In this document: one piece after another, positions 1 through 10,297 of the stretch
Numbering within the stretch: position 1 is the first letter of the stretch
How the letters are laid out: each line of letters starts with the position of its first letter
Source: an uncultured Rivularia sp.
GTDB lineage: Bacteria > Cyanobacteriota > Cyanobacteriia > Cyanobacteriales > Nostocaceae
DNA length: 64,000 nucleotides
Assembly (NCBI GenBank): GCA_963665115.1
Contig: OY762007.1
Span: 3,328,001 to 3,392,000, forward strand
Reading direction: 5' to 3'
Position numbers and translations under genes: made by a program
The notes under the pieces: generated by a model
Told to the model about the DNA's origin: nothing
Seen by the model: the letters and a program-made list of their open reading frames with translations, nothing else
Database searches by the model: none

Positions 1-357
1 TAAGGATTCTTCAATAGCTCGCCATCCCAATTCAAAATATTGCTCGTAATAATCTGTAGCACTTACTTTTCCTACAGCCTTACCCTTAATAATTACTTGG
101 GAAGTCATATCTCCTTGGGGTTTGAGCAGAACTGGGTTCATTTCTATCCAAGGTACTACTCCCGCAGCCCAAGCTTGTACTGCTTGTGCATAGCCAATTT
201 CTCCACCATTGGCCGTAACATAAGCATTGTTCGCCATATTTTGACCTTTAAAGGGAGCCACTCGCCAACCGCGCCGTGATAATATACGACATATTGCAGC
301 GCATAGAAGTGATTTTCCCGCGTGGGATGTTGTTCCCACTACCATAATTGATTTCAT
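1..357 (-). CDS. cobQ: cobyric acid synthase (5' part; runs off window)
   Basis: Not in ORF track. Manual minus-strand translation from ATG at 357: [48 protein letters not shown]...EMNPVLLKP, the CobQ/CbiP N-terminus. Confidence 0.93.
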   Translation of the reverse strand, partial: MKSIMVVGTTSHAGKSLLCAAICRILSRRGWRVAPFKGQNMANNAYVTANGGEIGYAQAVQAWAAGVVPWIEMNPVLLKPQGDMTSQVIIKGKAVGKVSATDYYEQYFELGWRAIEESL

Positions 358-607
358 AATTAGCTATTATTTATTCTTTATCGGACTTATTGAGTTAAAA
401 GATGAAGCCAGGGAAAATGCCATTGGCGACTTCGTGGTTGATAGCACCATTACTCCGCCGTAGAATCCCCGTGCTTATAAAGGTGGGTTTATGTTCCCGC
501 TTATAAACACTTCATAAAGGGAGCATCAGCTTCAGTATTTATTGTTCCCTTATTAACCTTACTCCTAACTTTCCCGCACTTAATTCATTAAAAAATTTAA
601 AATTGAT

Positions 608-1012
608 TCAAAAAGGTAATCTAAATACACGGGTTAATGCATTCAAAAGGCGATCGCCGAATGTTGGAGCAGCCCAAGCATTAAACTCGGAGCTTTCTAC
701 GAGTTGACGACCTAAAGGAGTTAGTCTAAAGCTATCTGTAATCCCTTGCCCGTCAACTTCGCGTCGTAGCAAACCGACTTCAATCAACCATACTAAAGCG
801 TTATCTGCTGCTAATTCAGATAAAGAACGTTTTGTATAGTTGTTTTTTAGACCGTTTGACTCAGAAATTTCACTCATAGCGACACGTTGTGAAAGCATCT
901 GTTCAAATAAGCTTAACTTAAAAGGAGAACATCTCAACGCTCGGGAAGCTCGTTTTTGCGTAGAATAGCTATAGGTAAAACTTTTTTGAGTCTGTGATTT
1001 AACAGCAGCCAT
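608..1012 (-). CDS. conserved cyanobacterial hypothetical protein (Npun_F0494-like)
   Basis: Motif WLIEVGLLRREVDGQGITDSFRLTPLG recognised from this family; lies upstream of cobQ. Confidence 0.7.
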   Translation of the reverse strand: MAAVKSQTQKSFTYSYSTQKRASRALRCSPFKLSLFEQMLSQRVAMSEISESNGLKNNYTKRSLSELAADNALVWLIEVGLLRREVDGQGITDSFRLTPLGRQLVESSEFNAWAAPTFGDRLLNALTRVFRLPF

Positions 1013-1344
1013 TTTGGATATATTGATATTGCTTTAAGTTACTATTTTAATAGTAATATTTTTAAAATTTGCACAAAATTCTTTAATTAAAACTATATTA
1101 GGCGACTAGAGGATATGTTTTGTTGTAAGGTCATTCCTGTTCCGCTAAAAGATTACCTATAACAAAACCGCACATGGTAGTGAAGAGTGCAGAAAAGAAA
1201 TCTCTAAGAGTAATTTGTTAAGACATAGCGCGTATAGGAAAGTAAAGTCCCTTTTTGCCCCTAACTGTATTCTAGTGGTTAAATTTACACAACAAATACT
1301 CCTTCAAAGCTTGTTTTTCGGGAGCATTGCAAATTTTAAAGTTC

Positions 1345-1400
1345 GTAGTGCAAGCAAGATGCTCGCTCGATACATATAGCGAGCAAGATGCTCGCACTGC
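1345..1400. repeat. REP-like inverted doublet
   Basis: GTAGTGCAAGCAAGATGCTCGCT...AGCGAGCAAGATGCTCGCACTGC: GTAG-led imperfect inverted pair just after the 3' end of the 1411-3042 gene. Confidence 0.65.
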
Positions 1401-1410
1401 AATATATTTT

Positions 1411-3042
1411 TTAAAAATTGGAGTAGTTCCTATTTTTATCTACAAGATATATATAATATTGCTCTTCAGCAACTATACTTTTGCTAAATTCACCTATGGG
1501 AGTAATATTTAATCGATCGCTTTTGATATTAAGTGGATAGCCTAAAATTAAAATATTTTCTCTCGAACCCTCTTTAATTACATCATTTATCTTATTAATT
1601 AATTGCGATTGATTTTTTACGAATTTGAGTTGAGGATTATTAAAAAAGCTTCCTAATTGGTCGTATGCGACATAATATATTTTTTTGTCTAAGTAAGCGG
1701 AAATTGGCGATACTATTGTATCCTTGTCACCAATAATAAACTTTTCACTCAATTGTTCTTTTTGAATAAACTCTGCTGCCACCTTACTTTTAGAAAACGG
1801 ATAAATTAAATCCATACTATAAGCATATAAACCCGACAGCATCTGAATTAATAAAATAGCTGTAATAATTTTTTTCTGCGATTTTTTAAAATAAGCACTA
1901 ATTTTTTGTAAATTTCTAGGAACATCATAGGCTTTATCTGAAAACTTACTAATCCATATGCAAGCTAAAAATAGGATAAACAAATTACCATGATGTCTTA
2001 AAGTTCCCTGCCATTTCAACCAGGTAAACAAAATTATTGTAAAATTACCGGATAAATAGAAAAACAGTACTATTGGCTTGTCAACAAATAAAATTATTGA
2101 GAAAATTAGCAGAAACAGAGAGGCAAATGAGACTAATAATTGCAGAAAACTAGAAATAGAAGCGAAATTTTGACTCCAGAAATGATATTCAAAAAAATTA
2201 GGTATTGGCATATAGCTGTACCAAATTGCTCTCAGACTATATCCCAAGCGTCTTAACATAGTTAATAGGAAGTCAAATTTAGATACAACTGTTTCTTCTC
2301 CTATTCCTCCTATATTGTCATTTATGTCTTTAGCAGTATCTTGTATCGCAAGTGGAGCTAATTGAAAAAATGATAAGCCTATACCTAAAAATAAAACGAT
2401 CAGACCTATTTTTAATTTTTTTATTTGTCTGCGATTTAACTGGGATTTGTCTATTCTATATATTCTAATCGTATCAATAATTAAAGTAGCGCTTGAGCAT
2501 AGACAAATTAGCAAACCGTAGACATTTGTATTTGCCAGAAGTGCTAAGCTTGAAAATAAAAGTATGTAATTTCTATTCTTACGAGTAAATAAATAGCAGA
2601 ATATAAAAACTAACAATAATGCTAAGCTATAATTTCTACTAATAAGATTATATTCAAAGAAAGGAAAATAGCTAAAAGTAAATAGGGATTTTTGTAAAAT
2701 ATTAAAAGGTGATAATTTAACAAAAATCCATACAATAGCAGTTGCAATAAGTATATGAAAAAACTGCATTGCAAAAGGATTGTGAGTAAATTTAGTAATT
2801 ATAAATAAACATAAGTGCCACAGTCCTGGATGCCCCTCAAATTTCAAATTCTCATATAAGTCAGTTAAAGTTGAAGAATCTCTTGCAATCAACCATGCTT
2901 GAGTTTCATCGCGCCACATCTCATGATTGAGGATGCCGACAAAACTAAGAACGAAGAACACTAAAACAAGACAGTTAGAGTAAGTAATATATTTTGATAA
3001 AAAGCCATTATCTTGATTAAGCCGTTTTTTAGTAGTTACCAT
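1411..3042 (-). CDS. polytopic membrane protein, possible GT-C-fold glycosyltransferase
   Basis: Many hydrophobic segments; first loop HEMWRDETQAW...EGHPGLW has an acidic DE pair; last gene of glycan cluster. Confidence 0.5.
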   Translation of the reverse strand: MVTTKKRLNQDNGFLSKYITYSNCLVLVFFVLSFVGILNHEMWRDETQAWLIARDSSTLTDLYENLKFEGHPGLWHLCLFIITKFTHNPFAMQFFHILIATAIVWIFVKLSPFNILQKSLFTFSYFPFFEYNLISRNYSLALLLVFIFCYLFTRKNRNYILLFSSLALLANTNVYGLLICLCSSATLIIDTIRIYRIDKSQLNRRQIKKLKIGLIVLFLGIGLSFFQLAPLAIQDTAKDINDNIGGIGEETVVSKFDFLLTMLRRLGYSLRAIWYSYMPIPNFFEYHFWSQNFASISSFLQLLVSFASLFLLIFSIILFVDKPIVLFFYLSGNFTIILFTWLKWQGTLRHHGNLFILFLACIWISKFSDKAYDVPRNLQKISAYFKKSQKKIITAILLIQMLSGLYAYSMDLIYPFSKSKVAAEFIQKEQLSEKFIIGDKDTIVSPISAYLDKKIYYVAYDQLGSFFNNPQLKFVKNQSQLINKINDVIKEGSRENILILGYPLNIKSDRLNITPIGEFSKSIVAEEQYYIYLVDKNRNYSNF

Positions 3043-3065
3043 CGCCTGTTTAAACCGATTTTAGA

Positions 3066-3959
3066 TTAATTGTTTGTTTGATGAGTTCTTTCCCAGAAAA
3101 AGCCTGCGACACCGGCAAGTTGCGAAACAAATAATAATGCAGAGACTAATACCTTTGGCTGAACTGTTGGTTGCGATAGAGGATATTTTAATAAATTTAA
3201 ATAAAATGATATTGGCTCAACTTTAATTTCCGTATGAGCGCGTTTAGCACGTACTTGATGAAAACAGAAAGCACCACGTCCGTAAAAAAAGTGCTGTCGC
3301 CAATAGCTTGATAATGTCAAGTTATGAGCATGATATACCTGAACTTCTGGCGCGTAAACCATTTTGTTTCCATATTGCAGCCAGCGATCGCAAAATTCCC
3401 GATCTTCTGCTGCTGCCCGAGGATAAGTTGTATCAAAGCCTCCGATTTGATTAAAACGTTCTGTTGATATAGCAATATTATTGGAAGCAAAGAAGGTTGC
3501 TTTCTGGGGGTTAGCGTTGTAATAGCTGTAGAGATAGTTGATTAATTCTTGAGATGCAGTAGAAAAAGGATTATCAGAAAGTATGTTGATTGTTTTTCCT
3601 CCAATCAAACAATCTGCTGATGCTTCAAAGCAAGCAGCTATTTGATTTAACCAGTCTGGTGCGGGTTTACAGTCATCGTCGGTAAAAGCTAAAAAATCCC
3701 CTTTTGCTTGTTTCGCACCTGTATTACGAGCAGTTGCTGGGCCTTGATTTTCTTGTTTGAGCAGTATAATTTCTAAATAATTATTAAAACTTTCCACTAC
3801 TGGTTCAAGTGACATTTTACTACCATCATCAACTACTATCACTTCAAAGCGATCTGTAGGGTATTCTAATTGAGTCAAAGATTCAAGACAGTCTCTTAGT
3901 CTTTCGGGACGGTTATAGGTTGGAATAACGATGGAAATAAATGGTGTTTGCGGTTTCAT
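3066..3959 (-). CDS. glycosyltransferase family 2
   Basis: ISIVIPTYNR, VIVVDDGS, GPATARNTG, AFTDDD, AAEDREF; ATG at 3959 preferred as start. Confidence 0.92.
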   Translation of the reverse strand: MKPQTPFISIVIPTYNRPERLRDCLESLTQLEYPTDRFEVIVVDDGSKMSLEPVVESFNNYLEIILLKQENQGPATARNTGAKQAKGDFLAFTDDDCKPAPDWLNQIAACFEASADCLIGGKTINILSDNPFSTASQELINYLYSYYNANPQKATFFASNNIAISTERFNQIGGFDTTYPRAAAEDREFCDRWLQYGNKMVYAPEVQVYHAHNLTLSSYWRQHFFYGRGAFCFHQVRAKRAHTEIKVEPISFYLNLLKYPLSQPTVQPKVLVSALLFVSQLAGVAGFFWERTHQTNN

Positions 3960-4103
3960 TGTCTTCAAAATACAAAATATAGAAGTATTTGATAACAGAA
4001 ATTTCAAAACTAAAATTATGAGCCAGTTTATAGAGTAGTTCCAATTTTAGTTGTCCTAATTGGTCAGCAATAAGTTGAATTACGAATCACTTATTAAATT
4101 AAT

Positions 4104-4970
4104 TTATGTCTCTTCAAAGGTATACCCTTCTAAAAAAGGAAATAGCTTGATTTTACTTTCAACTTTTTGGCGTAAAACCTTGTCCCATTCCACCTTATGT
4201 CTACTTTTACGCGGAGAATCAAAAACAATGCCCGAACAAGCTTCTAGATATTCCTGTGAGGCTTCCAAACTCAGCCAAGTACATAAATATCGTAATTGTT
4301 CAACAGGTTTTTGCACAAATGCTTCGTGATACAAGTCAAAAACTTCAGTTTGATTTACTCGTGTTTTAACGTCTTTCACTGCTTCGCAGACTCGGAAATA
4401 CCTTGCAATCGCTGCTTCTAGATCGGAAGCACTGAGATTAGTGTTACCTTCTGCCATCCGAATTGCCATTGTTGTAATGTTGTCAAAGGGGTTACGAATC
4501 ACATGAACAAAGCGAATCGGGACTTGTACCGTATTCCGCATTCGCTCTAGCAACCAAGGATCGGCAGCAAGACGGCAAACACTATCTTCTCCATGCTTAT
4601 CTCCAATCACACGGATATTTTGATAACTACCTTGCCACTGATTTGGAACATCGTATTTATAATTACCTCGACGTTGTTGAGAGTGTCCTTTTATCTGAGT
4701 GTTTTGCAGTAGTAAGTGGTAAAGTCTTAGTCGGTCATAACCTACATATATGTATTTCATAACTCCTTGCTCGTGTGCCATCACAACGTTAGGATGTGCA
4801 TCCAGCAAAGCAGCAATGAGACTGTGACCGCTACGAGAATAACCAATAAAAGTACAAAATGTTTCTATATTTTGAAATAAACTAGTTTGTTTGCGACTCT
4901 CTTGCGTAGTAGATAAGTAAGTCCACGCCAAATCCAAAGCCATCTGTAGTTTCTGTTGAGTTTTCATCAC
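4104..4970 (-). CDS. PAPS-dependent sulfotransferase family protein
   Basis: IGYSRSGHSL (5'-PSB-like loop), LDAHPNV, HVIRNPFD (3'-PB), YHEAFVQKP. Confidence 0.8.
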   Translation of the reverse strand: MMKTQQKLQMALDLAWTYLSTTQESRKQTSLFQNIETFCTFIGYSRSGHSLIAALLDAHPNVVMAHEQGVMKYIYVGYDRLRLYHLLLQNTQIKGHSQQRRGNYKYDVPNQWQGSYQNIRVIGDKHGEDSVCRLAADPWLLERMRNTVQVPIRFVHVIRNPFDNITTMAIRMAEGNTNLSASDLEAAIARYFRVCEAVKDVKTRVNQTEVFDLYHEAFVQKPVEQLRYLCTWLSLEASQEYLEACSGIVFDSPRKSRHKVEWDKVLRQKVESKIKLFPFLEGYTFEET

Positions 4971-5019
4971 AATAATTCGTTTATATTTATATTTGTATTT
5001 TTATAGTTCTTCTTTTCGT

Positions 5020-6570
5020 TTAATCTTTGCGTCCTAAGCGCAGTACCTGCAAGTTTTTCAATGACTCGCTTAATGCTTGTTGACCGCCAGGAAGAACAAT
5101 CCAAATTAGAATATAGGCAAGTGCAAAAATAGTTAATCCTCCCAATAACTCTAGGAAAACGTTCTCCCTACCGTGTAAAATTGGACGGCTAACGAACAAA
5201 ATCGCGGCGGCTACCAAAGAAGCAAATGCAGGCCGCCAGACAACTCCCCAGAAATCTTTTACAGATAGAGGTAGCGTTTTCAAACAAAAGGCAATCGAAG
5301 GATAAGTAATCAAGCAAGTACCTAAAGTAAAGCCCATAGCTACACCGTAAGCTTTCCATTTAGCACCTATCGCAACAGCCAATATCATAACCGGGGTAGA
5401 AATCAAACCCCACCGGAATTGACGTTGAGTTTGACCTCCGGACAAATAAAGCCACTTTGTAACTCGGTTCATACTGCCTACAAAAACAGCGATCGCTAAT
5501 AGTTGAAACAGAGGTACTGCATCTAGCCATTGATTTCCCAATAAAACTAGAATTACATTGCGGGCTTCGACAAAGGAAAACGCAAGTGCTGGCATACACA
5601 AGGCAAACAGTGGCAACATTGCTTTTTTACAGTAAGCGCGGTACATATTTGGGTCTTTTTGGGCACGGCTCAAGCTAGATACAGCTACATCAAAAAGAGG
5701 AATATAAACTTTATCAAAGGGGAAATAAGCCCAACGTTGAGCAACAGAATAAAGACCAAGGGATGCTGCACCGCTGAAGTAACCAATTAAAATTTGGTCG
5801 AGTTGCGTACCCACACGATTAATAAAACGAAATCCCGTCAAATGTACGCCGTAGGAAATCATTGAACGCAGGTTAGTATCTAGATTAGAATTTATGACAT
5901 ATTTAGCAGGTCGCCAACCGCAAACTAACCAAAAAGATACACTTTGAGTAAGCTGCATTACAACTACCTGAAGTACTAATGCCCAGTAACCTGCACGAAA
6001 AAAAGCTGCTGTAATTGCTACCGTTGCTCCTGCAAAAATTGCCCCCATCTCAATTAGAGTAAGTGCGCCAAAGCGCATCTGTCGCTTCAGCAAAGATTCA
6101 TGCTGGACTGCTAAACATAAACCAAGAATTCCAACAGCCATAGCCACTGTAATTCCTATGACGCGCAATTCACTATAAAACCAAGCTAAAACAGGAGCCA
6201 TCAGCAGCATAAATGTTACTACCACAGCGTTGATTTTTAGTGACAACCAAAAAAGAGCGCTGACTTGCTCATGCTCTAAGCCTTCTTGTTGAATTAATGC
6301 TGTTTCCAATCCAAAGTTTCTTAAACTATTAATTATCACAATCAACGGCGTTACCATTGCCAGCAGACCAAAATCAGCAGGGTTAAGTAAGCGGGCTAAC
6401 ACAACGGTAGAGCCGATACCGATGGTAAGTTTAATGGGTTGAGCAGCAAACGTGATAAAACCAGACTGTAATGCTCGCTTTTTTAAATCGTTACTAAGAG
6501 AATTAGTATCAATATACTTATTAGGATTAGAATTCACATTGTGATTATTTGAGGAAGGGTCGCGGCTCAT
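5020..6570 (-). CDS. polysaccharide flippase (Wzx/WzxC-like)
   Basis: VLARLLNPADFGL, FGLETALIQ, DQILIGYFSGAASLGLYSVA; many TM segments. Confidence 0.88.
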   Translation of the reverse strand: MSRDPSSNNHNVNSNPNKYIDTNSLSNDLKKRALQSGFITFAAQPIKLTIGIGSTVVLARLLNPADFGLLAMVTPLIVIINSLRNFGLETALIQQEGLEHEQVSALFWLSLKINAVVVTFMLLMAPVLAWFYSELRVIGITVAMAVGILGLCLAVQHESLLKRQMRFGALTLIEMGAIFAGATVAITAAFFRAGYWALVLQVVVMQLTQSVSFWLVCGWRPAKYVINSNLDTNLRSMISYGVHLTGFRFINRVGTQLDQILIGYFSGAASLGLYSVAQRWAYFPFDKVYIPLFDVAVSSLSRAQKDPNMYRAYCKKAMLPLFALCMPALAFSFVEARNVILVLLGNQWLDAVPLFQLLAIAVFVGSMNRVTKWLYLSGGQTQRQFRWGLISTPVMILAVAIGAKWKAYGVAMGFTLGTCLITYPSIAFCLKTLPLSVKDFWGVVWRPAFASLVAAAILFVSRPILHGRENVFLELLGGLTIFALAYILIWIVLPGGQQALSESLKNLQVLRLGRKD

Positions 6571-6915
6571 AGATAATGGTTTGTGGTTAATAAAAAGAGA
6601 TAAAATTATTTATGGTTCGAGTTTGCTTATGTAGGAAAATTAATTGTGTTTCGACCCTCGATAATAGTTTGGACAATCACTTGTAATCAAATGCAAATAA
6701 GCAGAGGTTCTTCACGAAATTATTGAGTTTGATTTTATTTTAATATTTTCAACCAATCTAACTTTTAATTTTTTGATTTCGTTTAAATCTTAGAAAGTAT
6801 AGACTTTGACTCAAAATATCAAAATATGAATGAAACTTTTATATGATTTTTCAACTGAGAAAAAGTACAGAGTCAACATCTTAATTCGCCACTGTATCTA
6901 TAAAAAAATTGTGTT

Positions 6916-7785
6916 TTAAGAAAAAACTTTTTTCATCGGTGAAGCAATGCGAGCAAGAGTATGTAATGGATGGACTCGTAATGCCCAAGCCACGCTTTTA
7001 AAAGCTGCCTGTTTTTGCCCTAGCTTATATGAGGTAAGAGCATGATTATAAATAAAATCGGAGAACATTTTCGGGTGAGCAAGGAAAAGAGTTTTATGCT
7101 TATGTATTAAACGGTGAAAGTCAGGTTGACGGAGAACGGGGTTTTGAGAAAGCCGCGCACCCGAGTGCTTAAGCTGGCGGTAAGTAACGATTGGTAAACC
7201 AATAATTGAGCAGACTGCGTTTAGTCGGAAAAACATTTCTGTGTGTTCGCGGGAGCCAAACGACTCGTCATATCCTCCAATCTCTAAAAGTAGTTGACGC
7301 TCGACCACTAAAGTTTGTTTAGAAAAAAATGATTGTCCGGGTTCAATTTCTTCCAGGTGAAAGTTGCAGCCTCGCCGCAAAGTAGGAGGTAAATGGGTTG
7401 CAAGCTTTTTACCATCGCTACTAACCATTTCTAGCCCAGAAATTACTGCTACAGGTGGGGGTAGTTTTGTTTCTTTAAGTGCATTGAGTGATAATTTTGC
7501 CATATCGGGTAGCAACCAATCGTCATCATCAAGGAATGTAAGCCAGCGTCCTCTCGCTGCCTTAGCTCCGGCATTACGAGTGGCAGAAATACCTTTATGT
7601 TCTGGCAACCTAACTATTTTAAGTTGAGGATGTTCTGGTAAATCTATTGTTTCTGTGGAAGCATCATCAACCACAATTACCTCAAAATCACTCATTGTCT
7701 GAGCTAAAGCACTTTTTACCGCACCCTGTAAAAGTAGAGGACGATTATAAGTAGGAATAATAATACTTAGTAGTGGCTCGTTCAT
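6916..7785 (-). CDS. glycosyltransferase family 2
   Basis: LSIIIPTYNR, VIVVDDAS, TRNAG, FLDDDD. Confidence 0.9.
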   Translation of the reverse strand: MNEPLLSIIIPTYNRPLLLQGAVKSALAQTMSDFEVIVVDDASTETIDLPEHPQLKIVRLPEHKGISATRNAGAKAARGRWLTFLDDDDWLLPDMAKLSLNALKETKLPPPVAVISGLEMVSSDGKKLATHLPPTLRRGCNFHLEEIEPGQSFFSKQTLVVERQLLLEIGGYDESFGSREHTEMFFRLNAVCSIIGLPIVTYRQLKHSGARLSQNPVLRQPDFHRLIHKHKTLFLAHPKMFSDFIYNHALTSYKLGQKQAAFKSVAWALRVHPLHTLARIASPMKKVFS

Positions 7786-7808
7786 ATTTGCTAATTGGCA
7801 TTGATATT

Positions 7809-9030
7809 TTAATTGTTAGCCTCAATTTTTCGAGCAATTTCTAAACCTTGTTTAGTTAGCTTCAGATTTTGATAAATTTCCATAAACCTTTCTACAAAGG
7901 CTGTTTCACTGAAATGCATCTGGGCACGCAAACGCCCTTCTTGACCCATTTTTTCTGCTAAATCGCGGTTGCTTAAAAGTTCCACCAATCTATTAGCTAA
8001 AGGTTCTACTTCCCCTGGTGGAACTGAAAATCCGGTTTTTCCATCTAAAACTATTTCCCCCAAACCACCTGAAGAAGAAGCTATTACCGCAGTACCGCGC
8101 ATCATTGCTTCTGCGGCCACGATTCCAAAAGGTTCTGCCCACCGGGAGGGAACAACCTGTACCCATGCTGAAGAAAATTGTTTTTCCATCTGGTCGCGAG
8201 AAAGATGACCGAGGAATTTTACCCGTTCGTTTAGCCCTAATTCATCAGTTAAGGAAAGCAAGTATTTATCTTCGTTACCTTTACCTGCTATCAATAGGTG
8301 CGCTTGCGGAATCTGCTTTTGCACCTCAGCAAATGCTTTTAATAGTATATCTACGCCTTTAAACCGAGCCAATTGTCCTGCATAGGCTACTGTAGGTAAC
8401 GAAGTTAAAGGTGGACGCGAAGGACTTTGAGGAACTCCGTTCCATACCACGGTATCTGATTCAATTCCTTCAGCTTTTAAGCGCTCCTGGACTGAAAAGC
8501 TGTTGGACACAACCACATCAAATACATCTCTCCATTTATCCCACAATTTCATTTGCAGCATTAGCGGTAGCCAATCATGAATTGGTAAACAACCTTGCTG
8601 CAAACAAGCTAAACCCGTTGGGTATTCGCAGCTTGTTTTATCTGGTAACATTTTTGTTCCAATCGGACAAATTGGACGGTACCAAGCAACATGAAAAATG
8701 CTTGGTATATTCCGTAGTAGTGGCAATATTAAAGGAGATAGTTGTGTCAGACATACGCGAACGTGGACTATATCCGGTTGCCATTCTTGAATAACTTGAT
8801 GCAACTTACGAGCGGCCCCAAGGATTCGCAGATTGCAATAAAGTACGAAAACTAGAAGTAGTACCGAAGCATTCATAGTCAGCAATACTTTGGGTTTCTC
8901 CTTTACGAGCAGAAGTAGAAAATAGACGCGCATCATACCTGCGTGCGGTTAAACCTTTTTTCAAGGCCAACATCATCATCTCCGCTCCACCCGTTAAGGT
9001 CGCATAATCATTAACGAGCAAAATTTTCAT
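7809..9030 (-). CDS. glycosyltransferase family 4 (split by +1 frameshift near 8816-8819)
   Basis: N-terminal MKILLVNDY...GGAE (8806-9030) joins C-terminal KGVDILL, EPFGIVAAEAM (7809-8936) if one base is removed from the C4 run; ~406 aa. Confidence 0.85.
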
Positions 9031-10093
9031 TTTTTATCTCTGTAGTAGCGCTTGCACCACGATTTTGCCATAGAGATTCGGGGGAGGTCGAATCATTATT
9101 TAATCGAGTATCTCTGGCATAACGAGCAGTAAGATAGCGATTTAATAATTTTTCTACTGGTGCAAATAAACCGTACAGCAGCACTTTCTGTATAAACTCG
9201 TTTTGAATCCCAAAAGTTAAAATATTAACAATAGGCATCAAGATTGTATTTCTACGTCTCCAACCCAAAGCTTTATATTTGTGCTGAAAATATCCATCTT
9301 CAGCTAGATTCCATTTCTCGCGCAGCTTTGCCAAACTCTTCAATTCCCAAGCATCGCTCCAGCGCAACATATAATAATGTAGGTCGCTGAATCTCACGGG
9401 AGATGTGGGAACATATGTTACCACACTTGTAGGTTCAAAGTAGACAGTATATCCAGATTGGGCAACGTTCATACAAAAGTCCACATGTTCTTTTGTATTC
9501 AGCATTTGTTCGTCAAGCATTCCTAAGTGTTGGAACATTTCTGTCCGAACCAACATACAGTGAAACTCGCAAAGCTCGGTTTCTGTACGCTCTAATTTGA
9601 CTCGTGGGTCTGTAACTTGTTTTCCTTGCTTATACATTTTCTCACGTAAGCGTCGCCGACCTTTAGCATCGACAACAATATGTGACTCCCCACCAGCAAA
9701 GTGGATTTCTTCATGTATTGGCAAATATTGACACATTAAAGGGCCAACAACCGTAGCTTCCGTTTCTTCGGAACAATCAATCAAAGCTTTGAGCCATCCA
9801 GAAGCAGGAATAATATCGTTATCGACAAAAGCGACATATTTGGTATCTACTTCTGCTAAACCAATATTTCTAGCGTGGTTGGGAATTAAGTAATAGTCTG
9901 TACGAATCAGCTTAAAACCTTTTTCTTGCGCTTGATTTTGCAAATACTCGCTTATATCTTTCGGAGAATTCCCATCTATATATATTAATTTGAATGGAAC
10001 TTGAGTATTTTCATAAATACTTTCTAACGACTCGCGAGTATAGCTAAAACGTTCGCGAGGGGAAACAATAATTGTTACTTGAGGTTCGTTCAT
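9011..10093 (-). CDS. glycosyltransferase family 2
   Basis: VTIIVSPRER, YIDGNS, ARNIG, AFVDND, EHVDFC. Confidence 0.85.
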   Translation of the reverse strand: MNEPQVTIIVSPRERFSYTRESLESIYENTQVPFKLIYIDGNSPKDISEYLQNQAQEKGFKLIRTDYYLIPNHARNIGLAEVDTKYVAFVDNDIIPASGWLKALIDCSEETEATVVGPLMCQYLPIHEEIHFAGGESHIVVDAKGRRRLREKMYKQGKQVTDPRVKLERTETELCEFHCMLVRTEMFQHLGMLDEQMLNTKEHVDFCMNVAQSGYTVYFEPTSVVTYVPTSPVRFSDLHYYMLRWSDAWELKSLAKLREKWNLAEDGYFQHKYKALGWRRRNTILMPIVNILTFGIQNEFIQKVLLYGLFAPVEKLLNRYLTARYARDTRLNNDSTSPESLWQNRGASATTEIKNENFAR

Positions 10094-10297
10094 AGCTGAT
10101 GAAATTTCAAAAATAAGGCTTGAATAAATTGACTAATAGGGAACAGAAGAAGACGATGTTAGTTATTATTGCTAGCTTTTTAACGTAAACAGGACTTACG
10201 GTATTGTCACAAATGGTTGATGGTGCGTGACGCTACAAACCTTATTGCTGTCAGGACAGAAAATATAAGCGTACACTTTCTGTTCCCTGTTCCTTCC

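Noticed and set aside
40..279. 79-aa plus-strand ORF and the many other short antisense/overlapping ORFs in the track
   Set aside because: Shadow frames of well-supported genes (here cobQ), with no motifs.
358..607. Cobalamin riboswitch upstream of cobQ
   Set aside because: Only an AATAAGGGAA fragment on the minus strand; no B12-box or GCCACTG/ACTGT core seen.
10190..10275. MITE starting CAGGACTTACG
   Set aside because: No matching inverted right end found; at most a remnant.
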